Positions 1 through 14,339 of a stretch of 64,000 bases of DNA are shown here, piece by piece. Positions within the stretch are counted from its first letter, which is position 1, and each line of letters begins with the position of its first letter. The notes under the pieces were generated by a model. The model saw nothing but the letters and a program-made list of their open reading frames with translations, was not told the DNA's origin and did not search any database. Source of the DNA: Balanoglossus misakiensis (lineage: Eukaryota; Animalia; Hemichordata); assembly GCA_040954595.2 (NCBI GenBank), contig CM082576.2, positions 7,133,129 to 7,197,128 of the forward strand, written 5' to 3'. Made by a program: the position numbers and the translations under genes.

Positions 1-213
1 TTCTCAAAGATTTATGACAATGCCCGATGGGCAAATATATTTTCAGCAGTGGTAAACAATGACAAGCAGCTCTTAATATCAAATCCATAACGAAGCACAC
101 ATGTTTTATGATATCAATCAAGTGGATTGAGAATTTAATTTAATACAAGACCCCATTCTTGCATCTGTCATATTTTTTAATGTATAATCATAATATCTTA
201 TGCTACATCTCAG

Positions 214-1034
214 GTTATGGAGAAAGTGTTCCGAGAACTTTCTGGGGTCGAAATGCTGTCATCATCTACGCTCTGATAGGAATACCGCTGACCGGCTGGA
301 CGCTAAGTACAATCGGAAACCACTGGGAAGCAACATTCCGTAAAAAGTGCAAACGGATCAGTCAGACTCTGCCGCGCAAAACGCCAAGATGGGCGCGACG
401 CTTACTCCAAGTGCTGACCGTGGGTCTCATGAGCTGGTTCGTGTTTGTGATCGTCCCAGCACTGATCTTCATGTATCTCGAAGGTTGGGATTTTTACATC
501 GCTCACTATTACACCTTTGTGACCCTGTCCACGATTGGCTTCGGTGACTTTGTGGCCTCGCGCGATTTGAGGATCTCGGAGAGGTACCAGTGGGTTTATG
601 ACGTCACGGTTGCAATATGGTACATCTTTGGTTTGTCGTATTTGTCAGTTGTTATCGCGGCAATCACCAAGCAACAGCACGGGAATTTGAAGAAGGTTAA
701 ATTATTCTCCAAAAAGTTAAGAAAGAGAAGCCGCGCGGATAAAGAAAGATATCTTTTGGAGAAGAGACCTCAACGCCAACAACTTTGGCGCCATAAAATG
801 AGCAGATCCTTGTCTATAGACTCGGGTCTTTCCGCGCTGGACGAGTGTTGCGTGGTGAGAAGATCCCGCATACGGGACTGCCATACTGTGTCGCTGAGTA
901 TTGCTTGTGAGAGACACGGCCTTCAGCACGATGAACAGATTATGGACGCGGAAACAAGATTTATGAATGAAACTGGTTCTGCTGGTCAGCACAATGGCGA
1001 TTTGAAACCAAAGTTGGGATCGTTAGATACTTGA
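214..1034 (+). CDS. K2P (KCNK) potassium channel gene A: terminal coding exon (end of P1 filter, M2, M3, P2, M4, C-tail); first exon not in window
   Basis: Acceptor catctcAG ends at 213. The exon starts in phase 1 as (G)GT TAT GGA = GYGESVPRT, then YALIGIPL (M2), YYTFVTLSTIGFGDFV (P2) and WYIFGLSYL (M4), with stop TGA at 1032-1034 and AATAAA at 1331. The M1/cap exon is presumably upstream of base 1. Confidence 0.9.
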
Positions 1035-1989
1035 TTATTACTGATTGGAGTTTTACAGTTGATCCTAGTTCGTATTATAATCTGAAGTACATTGTACATG
1101 TACGGACAAGAGGGCAAACCAAAATTCCTTGTCTTTTCTTGCAAGAAAAGTGGGCATGTCTAGTTGATACGAGTATAGATCATGTACAGTATCTGTTATT
1201 TTGGATAAATTGATTGTAGTGTCTGTGTCGTACTGTTCTTTCACAACTTTTTAAAATCAATGTTGCTCAGCGAAGTCATTTTTCTATCGGGATTTATACG
1301 GAAGAATAACTTTAATTGACTTCATATTCGAATAAACGTGTATAATTCCCGGTGTGTGCGTTTTCGGTTGGAACACAGGTCACGCGTCGTAAAGGGGCAA
1401 TTTTAAATCTATGTTCCTCACATTAGGGTCTTCGTGACTTTAAAATTAAGTGTTTAGGCCTATGTGTTGAAATATTTAATCCTGGCCATCTGCTTTTAGA
1501 TGATCGAAGCTGATAAAGGTGCGCCTTTAAAACGCCATTTGTGCACATTAATCCATTTTGAATCACAACTAACATATATCAGTTTTGTGAATGAACTAGT
1601 ATGTAAATAAAACATTTAAACAAAATATGTGGTGACATTTTCATTAATCAACTTGTGAATTAATGCAAAATAAACGATTTTCAAGCGACATGTATCTCAC
1701 CTTATGTATGTTTGACAATTCTGTTCCTAAGCTGTGGCTACAGGCCAATAAACGTTTGTCATTTATGACAGGTGCGATCGGCAGCAATGCAGTTGGTTTC
1801 TGTTGTGACTCTTCTTAGTTATCTTCTTAGTTATCTTCTTCATCTATGTATTGCCTCGCGGAACCCGACAATAAGGACGCGGTGCGTGTTGAGGTCCACT
1901 TTTTTTTTTAATGTAAAAGTGGCTGATATAACTACAAATGCGTTGACGAAGAAACATTGGAGCAGCTATGTTGGTATTCACTCTGTAGC

Positions 1990-2216
1990 CTATGTATTGG
2001 ACAAACATTTGTGTAGAATTTATTACTCTCACGCTGCTTGCAGCTATAATAATTATTCTATTATTTTAGCCCTCATAAAATACAGCCGCATCCCGCGTCA
2101 TACCGAGGAACGCAGAGTACAGCGCCCTCAGTCATAAAATATTTTGCAACTTGAAGTTTACAACCTACTTTCGAACAAGGGTCGCTTGGCCGAAGACGGC
2201 GGGTGTAAAGGTCAGT
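1990..2216 (+). promoter_or_regulatory. Putative promoter / non-coding first exon of K2P gene B
   Basis: Locally CpG-rich patch ending in donor-like AAAG|GTCAGT (2210/2211), followed by ~10 kb of CpG-poor DNA with no recognisable ORF. A strong acceptor (ttctttcttacAG, 12341) lies upstream of the gene B ATG. Inference only. Confidence 0.3.
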
Positions 2217-5200
2217 GCTCAAAGTGTTAATTAACACACTTCAGTTATTCTAATTTGGCTATTGTGAGTGTCACTTCGACACCTGGATCAGAAATTTGGG
2301 ATGGGACAGTAAATAAACGGGGGACTTTTCGGTTGGGGACAAGTAAAGTTAGGCCTGCGACTCTCGATCCGAGCTCAGTTGTGTTACGGTCACTCCCTGT
2401 ATGGAGTGACGTGACCCTCATGAATGTCAGGATCTGTGTCCATGAATATAATGTGTATAGCGTAAAGTAAATACCGATAATTTGTACATGCCAACCACAC
2501 AAGTTGTGACAACATGCATGTGCAAGAATTTGTTGGATTCGTTGAGAGGCATTTCTTCGCCTGTCAATTGCTTAAAGGTCATAGACGTGAAACTATTCTG
2601 CTGCTGTCACTGTCAGTGTCAGGATTTTGTGTGGACACACATTAGCGACTGTCACTCCGTTTCAAAGAATCATAAGCTATTAGACCAGCTATTATTAGAC
2701 CAATCCAATTTGGCGAGAATAGTAGTATTGTCGTTCCACAGTGAATGAACTATAAAGTGATTATGATCAATTGACAATTGCATTGTTCAGAACTTTTCTT
2801 TTCCCTGAAAGATATTGACATGACTACAGTCTTCTATAGCAGATTGGGTGGGTCTGGGCGTGACTACCCAGAAAATAAGCGACTGTTTTTATGTAGAGAT
2901 ATTCAGGTTACCTGGCAACACACACTGTAGCTTGTCAATGTCATGGCCGTCTACATCATTGTTATCACAGTACTTTCTATGAATGGCACCACTCACCAGA
3001 ACGAGATTGTCATATAATCTGCATATTCTTGACACATGTAAAAGTTATGGAAAACGTACATCATACATGTTTTTTGTTTGAGGGGAAATGAATTGAAAAA
3101 AAAGGACAGGTTAAATGTGCAGTATGTGCCACACCCACCTTAAGAAATATGTGTTGAGATCACAAACTCATACGAAGATTTGAAGTTCTGTAGCTGCAAA
3201 ATTACGTATTTTGCGGAGCACATTTGAGCAAATCAGGGTAATCCCTCTAGCGAGAATTCGGAGACTTAAAGTGAATTTGAGCACAGGAGAAAATTGATCT
3301 GAGTCGGCACTGTGTCGCAAATTTACGGCAATGTTTAATGAATTGGAACCCGTATGAGTCATTTGTAAGCCCTATTGACTGTTAATAGAAAGCCCAGTGG
3401 GACATCTCAGCTCCTTTTTCCCCTAGGCGAAAACCACAATGCTAAATCTCAATCACATTTTACATGTGAATATTAGAACACTCTGTCTGGTGATTTTATT
3501 TTTGGATTGAAGCAAAGAAAAATTGTAACTTAATGTGACTGTACTGCCACATCTAATGATGATCATGTTCTCATATTGTACACATTTACATGTATTACAC
3601 AGATACTCTGATGACTCAACCATAACTAATTCCCTTCATTCTGTATGTGCACACAATAAAGAGACATATTCACACTTCTGAGATAATTGCCTAACAGTCT
3701 GCAAATTTTAATATACTACATACAGATATGACATTTTTCTGGTCATGCCGTGGATGAAAGTAGTGGAGACAGCCAATAAAGCTTAGTACACCATACTGAA
3801 AGTTTACCCCTATTATGAAAATTTTATATTACTGTTAAAACTCATACTTGGTGAGATCTGCTTGCTGGTGACCTGGACACCTAGCTCCAAATGTGCATGT
3901 TTCAATGCATGTCGATCTTTTCATGCAGAAGATATACCATTTACACAATATATGGATGGTGTACAGAAGTGTATGTAGCACACAGCTGCTGCTGATTTAT
4001 ACATTGAATCATCCAATGGTTCTTGCAATGCACGTAAAAATAGAAACAACATGCTGAAAAAACATCAATTTACTGGTATCTACTGCATGTGCTTTTGGGG
4101 TCAAGTAGGCCATTCAGTGGGTTAAAATTTATTGGCCCTACATTATTAACATTTATGATATGTCATTTCCCATTGATGAAATCATAAAAATATGTTTAGT
4201 GTCACCAGCGAAAACATTGAAGATACAGAATACCTGTGGTTGAGTTTATTGTTCAGTGCTAGAAATGAGACCTTGGACATGTCCAGAATAATGATTGAAA
4301 TTGAGCATTTTCAATTGAAACAGTGGTATGGCTGGGTTTAGATGATCTTGTCATTTTTAGTGAAACAATGCATATCCAGTCAACAGACGAGCATTTCCTC
4401 CTGTGAAGTGCAGGTCAGGTACACAAGATATATTTGCATTTCCAATTATCTCAGCCCACCAGATTTGTCTAAATTAATTGGTCCTAGTGATACCGAGTGC
4501 AATATTGCCTTCAAGTTCACTATGATTCATATGATATGGCACATGAGTGAGGGGTGTCTGGTGTTGTAACTCAGCAAAATTAAAATGTATATGTCAAGTA
4601 AAACTCACTGAAAATAATTTCTTTTATTGTAATGTAAGCCTTGTATATTTTAGCCTGATGAGAGAGGTCCTGGCTTTCTGCCTTTCATTCAATTGTAAGA
4701 CATGACGAAGCTTTATATACGCAATTTGTCACACTTAGGATTCAAGAGAGTAATTCCCATTTCAGCAGTAAGAAAAACATCTTCTGTTTGAGGATCTGCC
4801 ACTGAGTAGAATGATTTGTTTGCATGAATTCCGGCTGAACCCATAATGACACACCACTATCAAGTCTTGTAAATAGGTTTGGTTACAACTGCTATTGGGT
4901 TTGTGTGTCAGCATGGGAGAGGCGTGTGTTTGTGATGTTCACCTTTCACCAGATAATTCGCTGGAAACACCTTTCACCACATAATACATCGGGAACACTA
5001 TAGACTCGCTATTGTAAATAGGTGGAATGGTGTTTTTTTTTAACAATTGCACACGGACTGTTCAAATCCAAAAATCAATATATTACCAAAATAATGTTTG
5101 CTTTTATCTGCTGGCTATACAATCTCCACAATTGATTCAATGTGTCTTTCCTGTTGGTTGGTATTAGTTTTAGTTATATTTGCAGAAATGATGATGTCCA

Positions 5201-8200
5201 ACAGTGTAAATACAGCTTGTAAAAATATTGGGATAGCAGGTTAATTTTATCACAGGAAGTTGTCAGAATGAAAGTCTCTTTTGTATGGAGGCAATACAGA
5301 TCTCCATGGTGATATTACCTGTGTTATCCCAAGCACTTTCGCTATTAAATATACAATTATACAAACATACAATTTGACTGATGCTTCTTCTTAATAATGA
5401 GTGATTTTATGCTATAAGTATAAAGTCTGTGGAGAAAAAGACAGAGTACATGTATATATCCTACCCGCTACAATTATTCAGAGTCATAGGGAGGTCATTG
5501 GTATTAAGGAGAAGTGAATCTGTTATATATGCTGAGAATGCTAATTATGCTGTTGTCAGGGTTACCAGACCACACCTCTTGTTTGCTTGCACAATGACAT
5601 ACAAATGTTCTAGTGTGTGTGTTTGCATGCTCACTCAAACTCATCACTTGGATTTGCTTGGCTGCAAGTGACTCATACATGTATAATACTTCAAACTGCC
5701 CAGGTGGTACATGAATGTGGAGAAATGTTGGTGAGTTAAATCATATTGTTTCATTTTTTTCCGTGTGAAGCTGGCATTTTGTATGTGCCAGGGACTGAAA
5801 GGTACAAGGCTTTTGCTGGTACAGTTTGATGTACACATTACCTGTAGTTGTGTGTATGGATATACATTTAGCTTGTGGCAGTTTAAGAGTCTAAAACATT
5901 CAGTACCGGTGTTCAGTGGTATGTATAATCTTCTCAAATACATGTATGATGGTTATAATCAGAGGACAAAATTTACCTTTATGGTTTGTGATGATTTGAT
6001 GATAATTAAGATTTTGCAGCTATGATGTTTATTTTTTTGTATGAACACGTTGAATGAATGTGCTAGGAGTTCTACTACATCCACTGTTTAACTGCGGAGT
6101 TTCTACACTTGTGAATGAGATACAGTACACCACATGTTTAATGTGCGCTAGATAATTTAAACGCATTGTTAAATTAAGCGATTCATATAAAAGGGCAGGA
6201 ATTAAGGACCGTTCTCTGGTCACAGGTGGGCTGCATGCAATTAGGTTGCCATTTCATAGATATCAGACCTCTAGGGATGTAGAAATAACCGGCAGCTGAT
6301 AGAAACAACTGTTGCTGGCAAAAATTAGCTGACTATGAAATGATCACGAGTTCAATGAAAAATCAGGGATGCACACTAGTGGTATACTATATGTAGAAAA
6401 TACTTATTGCAGGTGGCTATAGTAAAATCACAGCCAGTACCAGTAACAAGAAGCATTGTGAAAGCAATTTTAAAGCAACTGATGTTGATCTTCAGCATTA
6501 AAATATAACCATAAGCTAACTGTATTTGTGGATAGCCTAATTGATGCAAAGAATGATGATGGTTGCATTGGGTACTGAGTGCTTACATCTTAGCTGGCAA
6601 CCAATGATGAATTGCCTTCAGAGTCAAACCAGTCGCATATGTATACAAACTACAGGCTGTGAGTATAACTGCTGACAGGAAATTGACCTGAAATGAATTG
6701 AGCGTTGTTTAACAAACAGTGACGAGTCATAGTAATTCCTGCCAAGAGGTTTACCTGACATGCTGTAATTGAAAGCAAAGAATAAATGTTTGTATTGCCC
6801 CCAGCCCCCCACCCATCCCATGATGCACCTTAGATAACTTTAAGATATTCTGTTTGTGGTTACCATTGTTATAACAGCAAAGAGAAAACACCTCAAAATG
6901 ACAGCATACTCCAAATGTATGCTGGATTTATTATGTAGTATACAAATATATCACATGTATCTCATCTGTACAACGTTATTGTAGAATTTGCCACAACAAA
7001 CATTTGATAGTGCAGTGACAGATCTGTATGTTTTGTGCTTGGCTGTTAGTATTACCAAGGTCTTATTGGCCTATGCAACGCTCAGAGCTAATAATGATTA
7101 CTTCAAATTTACCATCATCACTATTCTCAATAGCCACAACTAGAAATTGTTTGTCAAACTTTATTATACACTGTTGCTTATGTTTTTTTAGGGTTCATAA
7201 TTTCGCCTACTTGAAATTTTTCATAATACACCTCAAAATATACATGCTAATCAGTATATTATCAAAGAGGTCCGGGTGGTATACTTGTTCTACCGTATGT
7301 AATAAATCAATTACCTAATTTAATTTTTCACATATCATCTCCTTAGGGAAATTCCGCGTTAAATGTTGTTTTTGTTGTTGCTCCAGGCATTTTGTGTTAA
7401 TTTCCCAGCAGGCTGGTGCCCTAAATTGTGCCGAATGGCACCGGGAATTCCTCCTGCACCTCCGATGTTTTCCTCTTTTTCTTTGCCAGTTGCCGCGCAT
7501 TGCACCCATGAGCAGAACCATAAAGCTACAGTAATGAAAATTTAGCTGTCATTTTGTCAAGACACACACCAGCAGCATTAATAAATCACAATTATATACT
7601 GCTGTTCTGACACTGTGTGGGCAGATAGGTGCGGTTTTGTAATATAAAGGACTATCATGTCTTGCAGGCAGATGAGCAGAATTAGACCTCCTTCATCTTG
7701 TTTAATCTCCTTCACCTGAATGCAAAGGAACGGTTCGTTTATACAAACTACAGAGGTCAGTCGGCTGAATCAAGACTTGATCAAGTGTGAGTATTAATTG
7801 AACGTTTTTTACTTGGTTGGTTTTTTTCAATTGAATTGGTATAGATGTGAATCTTTAATTCACAATGGAAAGTTCATTTTCTTATTCTGTTATTCCTATC
7901 ACGTGACCTGTTCATTAGATTCAACAGTACATAAGGTGTGCCCGAGTGACAATCCCACCTGTGAAATTCCTGATAATTACACTGGGCGCCACTGCCTGCT
8001 CAGGTCATAAAGCAAGAAAGGATATATACATGTACTGTAATGCTCGAGCCACAATCAGAGGACAGGTTGATATCATGTTTGTGTATACCCATCAGTAAGC
8101 CCATACAAAAGAACTATAGTTTAAGTTTGAAAATAAACTCATGAAAATAATGCGAAAATATGGCACCTTTTTGAATTTTGTCACTGTATTGACAGTAGAA

Positions 8201-11200
8201 CTTGAAAGTGCCACTCCCATCTCGTGATTGTTATTTTTCCTGTTAAATTATGCATTGACTGCAAGACAATTCAAACTTGATCTTGTCATGCATATCTTGT
8301 AGCTCATTGGGTATTTAATTTCAATGAGGTTAGACTGTAAATTTTGTACACAACAAAACTGTTCAGTAAATGGCAAATAAATGTACCAATTTACGTGAGA
8401 AGCTATCAGTCAGAAATTGACCCGTGCTACAGTTGCTGTGCTTCAACCTGCAGGCACATTTATCCAATTTTCTATGCAGTTGACGTGCTGTATCAATATG
8501 TGTTGATTAGACAGGGATCTACTTGATTTCATGACAGGAATGTAAAACGAGACAGTTCTTTTTTTTTTCCAAGTGCATTATTTCTGAAAAAGTTTAATTC
8601 CACATACTATTTGAAGTGTTTGTTTTTCTAGCTTGTTTTTCCTGGGGGATACTGATTTATGTTTGCAATCCAGTGACTTACTGCTGTATCACAGTGTCAC
8701 AATACACCGCGGTGTTTGCCTCCATAGCAACAAGAAGATGAGTTAGATTGGTACATTTGGCCTCCATGGTGACAAAGATGAAATGTCCCTAGAGCCAAAA
8801 AGATGGACAAATAGCAGTGTATAGTCACACCTGTTTTTGGTCTCACGGAACCATTACAGATCAGAATTAGAGTATACTAATATCATCATGCCACACACTT
8901 GATGGATTGTCTGCCGAATGCATGACTTAATTCATCTGTGGCTTTCTGGCAGAAATGGATAAAAAATTGCAGAGTTATGATGACACAAGCGTGTATCTCA
9001 AAGAAATTTATGTTTTGCTCACATGGATATGGGATGCGTTGTCATGGTTTAGGATATTTCTGGCGTGGTGAGTACGAAGGTTTCAGCTGCATGGCTTCCC
9101 AACCATGGAAATCCCCCGAGATTAGCTCCTGATACTCTTTTACCTATAAATCTAATGATGTCTGCTCTTTTTCTGAGCCGTGTTGATGAGAAAGTGACTG
9201 AGTGTGGGAGTGTCTGTTTTCTTTGATAATCTGTGCTGGCTGTTTCAAATCAGAACATAATGAAGGCAGATTTACAAGTACATTGTACATGTAGATATAG
9301 GACATGCTCAGATGCAAGTTTGCCTTAATGTCTGTACTGAAGACTGAGTTTATCACAAAAACGGGGTTGCTGTTTTGTTCTGTATTTGTGATGTGCATGT
9401 GGATCCTCAAAGCGTCAGGGTGTGTGGTTTAGGTTGCAGTACAATTCAACCATTGCAGCCCGCGGTACCCTTGAATAATTGGCTCTCACAAGGATAATGT
9501 GTGTTTAGTGAACCAGTTAATTGTACGACCATGCAGGCTTATAGAGTTAATAATCATTGATTCTGCCTACGACTGATGTACAAAGTTTGCGCTGAATAAT
9601 TTCAATAAGCTTCAGTCAACAGACGGTTCAGATGCGTGCATGAACATATATGTACCATCACTATTCACAATTGGCAGATTTGCATAAATGTGAGCAGACT
9701 AGTGCATGTGTATACCGGTATTTATGAAAATTGAATATAGAAGCGTAATGGGTTGGACTCACATTTGCATCCATGGCCTTGGATACCAATTCACACCTAG
9801 TGAAGTGGTCAATACATAGAACTAGCGATGGACCAATACAGTGAAAGGATTAATCCTTTACATTATTTTATAATGATGCCAAATTACGTGGTTTTATAAG
9901 GCCTTTCTGCTTTACATATCACGTAATAATGAAGTGAAATCGTTGAAAACCTCCAAATTTGAATAGTCTCACAGTTTATCGAATTCTACATCTAAAGGCA
10001 AAATTATTACGCAAATATGAACTCAACTAGTCAAGCGTCTTCCTCTGTATGTGTGATGAGGAGGAAAAACAATCCATCGATGTTGAATTATTGAAGTAGG
10101 CAAAGCATCACAAAGTGTCAGCCAATATAAGTTACCGTGGAAACAGTGCATGAGCACAGTTCAGATTGGAAAATAAAACAGAAGTAAAGTGTTCAGTTGA
10201 ATAATTAAAATAATATGCTATATATCATTCTGAGGGCTTTGCCTCTCTCATGCGGAAGTTACATGTAGGTGAATAAATTTGTCGCTCAGTTTACATTGTT
10301 ATTGTATCGGCGTATGGATGTGATGTGTGCATAGTTCATATGGACCATACGTGTATAATGTAATATCATCATGAAATGGTTTATATATACTTTTTTCAGA
10401 ACATGGTCCGTCTAGAGGGTCTGCATGTTCAGACTAAATTGTCCAATTGAGAAACGAGGAAAATAACGAGAAAAAATATTCTGTATTAAATCTTGTCCAT
10501 CGTATGGTTAATCTTGCATTGGCAGAGATCAATTTAACGTAACATCTTGTCATGCAGAGAAGTAATAAATGAACACTTCAACCAAGATAAAATTGTCACA
10601 GTTGAAACCTCTAGGCATTATTCGTGGTTTCGTTGAGTGTGTGTATATTTTATCTGTTCAGACAACCAATAAATCTCAAGTAAAAATGTCAAACATGATT
10701 GATGTGCCTTTTAATGACATCAATATTGTATTGTTAATATCTGCTTCTTAGTTTCTTGCCTTGGGTATACTCAATCAGCCATTACACACAGTCCACTGTG
10801 CTATTATCATGTACAGCGCAACATACGTTTGGTGAGAATTAGAGTCATTAAATGTAAATGATTTTGTTGAATGTGGTGACAAATCTGACTAAATCTCATG
10901 GACGCAGATGTTGAGAGGTCAGGCAGGCCTTTGGGTCAATCAATTGAAGAACACATCCGTATTGATCAACTCGTCAGCGATGTACGTGTACATGCATTTT
11001 ATTCTGAATGTGTGTGGTATGTACGTTTCACTTGTAGTTTTCAATGTTATTTGATTTCACCACCATAGATTAAGTGATGTAAATTTTAATGTATAAACTG
11101 CATAACCGTATTTGTTCAAAAATTTTTAAAAAAAATCCAGTGTAATTAAACTTTCTTCAAATTTGTTCAAATGTGGCAAAATATCTCGGCACATCGCTTT

Positions 11201-12658
11201 CAGGGTTTACAGTATGTAGAAACACAAAAGAGATGCTTTAATAGTTTTTATCCTGTGCATAGTAGTGTCAATGGGTCTCCCTGGGATAATTATGCAGATT
11301 CCATGCTAGCACACTCACAGCCCCATTACTGACAAACTCTGCTATAAATCAATGGAAATTAGCTGAGTTTGCCCTTTCCTAAATAAATTTCTCGCTTCAG
11401 TGAGTCCTTGTCAGATAAAAGACCTTGGTAAATTCCCAAGTCAGGTATCTAATATGCCCTCCTTTCAGTTAGACCCTATTAATGAAATCTGGGATGGAGC
11501 TTTGTTCATCCAATTTGTGTGTATGTCGTCGTGCCTTTTGGTTTAGCACGGTGTATCAAACATGGTTTGTCCAATTTTGTATTTTGAAATAAAACAAATA
11601 CTGTACGATTGTTCTACTTTGGCTAATATTGATTTCAAACTTTGGTTAACACGCTCTTGTTTTTCAGGAAGGATTGTATCATCAATGATGCCATATTGGC
11701 AATTACACCTGATAAAACACAAGGGATCTCAACATGGATTAATTAATCTCATTTTACAGTGGGAAATGTACGTGTCTCTTGGAGTAGCATGCCATAAAAT
11801 TGTATAATATTTGAACCCGGTAAACTCAGGTTCCTATAGAGTTGTCAGGCGATACAACCGTGGCATGCACATATTTTAAAACTGATGAAATGTAAATTTC
11901 ATCTAAAGCAAGCAATATAAATTATTCAGAAACATGACAGTTGTTGTTTCAGAGATCTGACGAAAATTTTCATTGCTTTGTTGATAACATGCTATGTGTA
12001 AATAACTAAAGTAAGTGACACATATTAAGGTGCATCATTTGTGGAATTACCAAAAGAGGTCTGCACTCAAATGGGAAGACCTGGTTTGGCAGGTGATGGG
12101 TGGGCATCAAATGCACTGTACAAATTCTTATAATACAGTATTCTTCTTAATCTCATAAATGATTGATTGTTTCACAGTAGCTGGCTGAAGGTAGCAATAT
12201 CTGTGCTGCTTATCAGAGTCTTGTGATGAAAAATTTCATTTTCAGCAGAGCATGAAGATAGCACCTTATCAAATTTGAAATTAATACTTTTATATATCAA
12301 GCAAGCATTTCTATATCATTCTGTCTATTTCTTTCTTACAGGAACATCAAAGCAGTTTCCAGAACATAAAATACAGGGAATAATTTCAGAGGCTACCAGT
12401 ATCACATATCACCATTGGTGGAACAGTGTCTGAGGAATAAATCGAGACTATAAACAAGAAGTAAAAGCAGTTACAACCAAGTTGTACTTAATTATCTGAT
12501 AATTCTTCAAGCCTGGACCTGCCTGAAGGCCAAGAGTTAGAGCGTGTTTGCCTTTTTCTCTGCCACAACTTGGTCACATGACCAGCATCAGCCAATAGGA
12601 ATCACAGCTCAAGTGAAAAATCTTCGTCTCAAGTGAAGACTGCAGAGGATATACAATC

Positions 12659-12962
12659 ATGCATTGGGTTTCTATGCTAATTCTCAGCATCGTTTTCCTC
12701 GTCTATCTGTTGATCGGCGGCGGCATCTTCATGGCCTTGGAGGCAGACAACGAAGAAGCGGCCCGCGTCGATGTTCGCAAATTCAAGAGCTACTGGAAGA
12801 ACAATTTCAGTTGTGTTGATGAGGAAGCATTGGAAGACCTGATCGTCGCTGTCATGAAGGCCGTCAATAGCGGAGTGTCTCCCATCCAAAATGCCACCAG
12901 TCCGTCAAACTGGGATTATAGCAGCTCCTTCTTCTTTGCTGGTACTGTGGTTACAACTATCG
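12659..12962 (+). CDS. K2P gene B shared first coding exon (M1, cap with Cys, P1 helix up to TTIG)
   Basis: MHWVSMLILSIVFLVYLLIGGGIFMALE...NFSCVDEEAL...SNWDYSSSFFFAGTVVTTIG; phase-1 donor ATC G|GTAAGA at 12962/12963. Confidence 0.95.
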
Positions 12963-14339
12963 GTAAGATCTCATACTTTTTTTTTGGCTTGATCGTACTT
13001 ATATCCAATAGTGATTCATGGTATTTATTGGTCTGAGTATATTAGGTAATACAATTATACTTGCATTTTGGATAGTCAGAGTGAAAGTGTATAAGTTGAA
13101 TCATGTTAGTTCATCAATAGTTCATCAAATCAGCAACAAAGTATGTGACTAAATGCATGCCAGTGATGTTGACCCAGCTAGCATACATTAATTGTTATCA
13201 TGGTGTGAAAGTTTGATTTGTGGTTGTTTATGCAAGTTTTACAGAAATTTGTCACACATGCACCATTGTGGTGATCGGGTTTCTTTAACTGAGTCATTTT
13301 GGATTGACAGGCAACAGGTGAATCTTTCACAATTATATAGAGATCTAGTCATCTCCATCAACTCTAATTAACATATGCCCATATATGGTTGAAAGTGCAT
13401 GTCAACAGTCTCCTGGGTAGTGGCACAGTTTGGTGTATTATTCAAATGGCCATCCTAGTGGTAATCTGTGATCAGCTATTTCCCCAGTTTCCATGGTAAT
13501 TGCTAAATTTGCATAGGTGACTGCATGTGTATACCTTTAATCATTCATACTGCACATGATGAATTTATTATTGATCTCTGAGGATTTTTATCCCATCTGC
13601 ATTGTCCTTATTATTGATAAGGCGTAACAAAGCCATATTGCTTATTAATTTGAATATCATGAATATTTAAAAGTGAAGGGAAATGAGTTTCTGAACAATG
13701 TACATATTTTTTATATTGATATGAGTTTGATCGTTAGTGAAATTAATATCTCCTTGAGTGCAGTGGGTGATAAATGAATTAGTGTTTATCCTATATTGTG
13801 CCAAGTTTTCTATGATTGAAGTTTATCAAAAAGTGTGGGTGTGTGTGTGTTTGTTGAGGATGACTACAAGCACTTTGGTCATCTCTCACACTACAGTGGT
13901 TTAACGTTCTGAGAGTATTTTGGTGCTTGTTCGTATTGATAAGTCTTTGTTGTTTCTTCTGTTGTAAAATGGTGAATGCCTTCACATCATCCACTTCAGT
14001 TTGGCGCTGCCATATCAGAGGAAGACCTCTTGTTCCATGCAGGATCCATGTTTCTCTCTACTGTCATACAACTCAAAGCTGTCTGATTCTTTTTGAAACT
14101 CACCTTTAGTCTAACTTTATAATACTTATCATGCTTGATGCATGATCATTATTGCATGTGTGCATGCAAGGCTATATTAAAGCATTTTTCTACCCTATCC
14201 AAACCCCTGACCAAACCCCGTTCCTGGCACCATCAAAACATCCCATTAAAACATTAATCATTTTCTGTGAACTAAGCCTATAACCATGCATCTCTCATAC
14301 CACATCAGCTTCTCTCTCAAATCTGCTCCACCATCTCAG

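Noticed and set aside
159-213. ORF-track N-terminus of the 291-aa K2P ORF
   Set aside because: Intronic read-through upstream of the acceptor at 213; it lacks M1, cap and P1.
3140-3462. Possible decayed MITE (ATGTGTTGAGAT / ATCTCAATCACAT inverted ends)
   Set aside because: Short imperfect inverted match and no clear target-site duplication.
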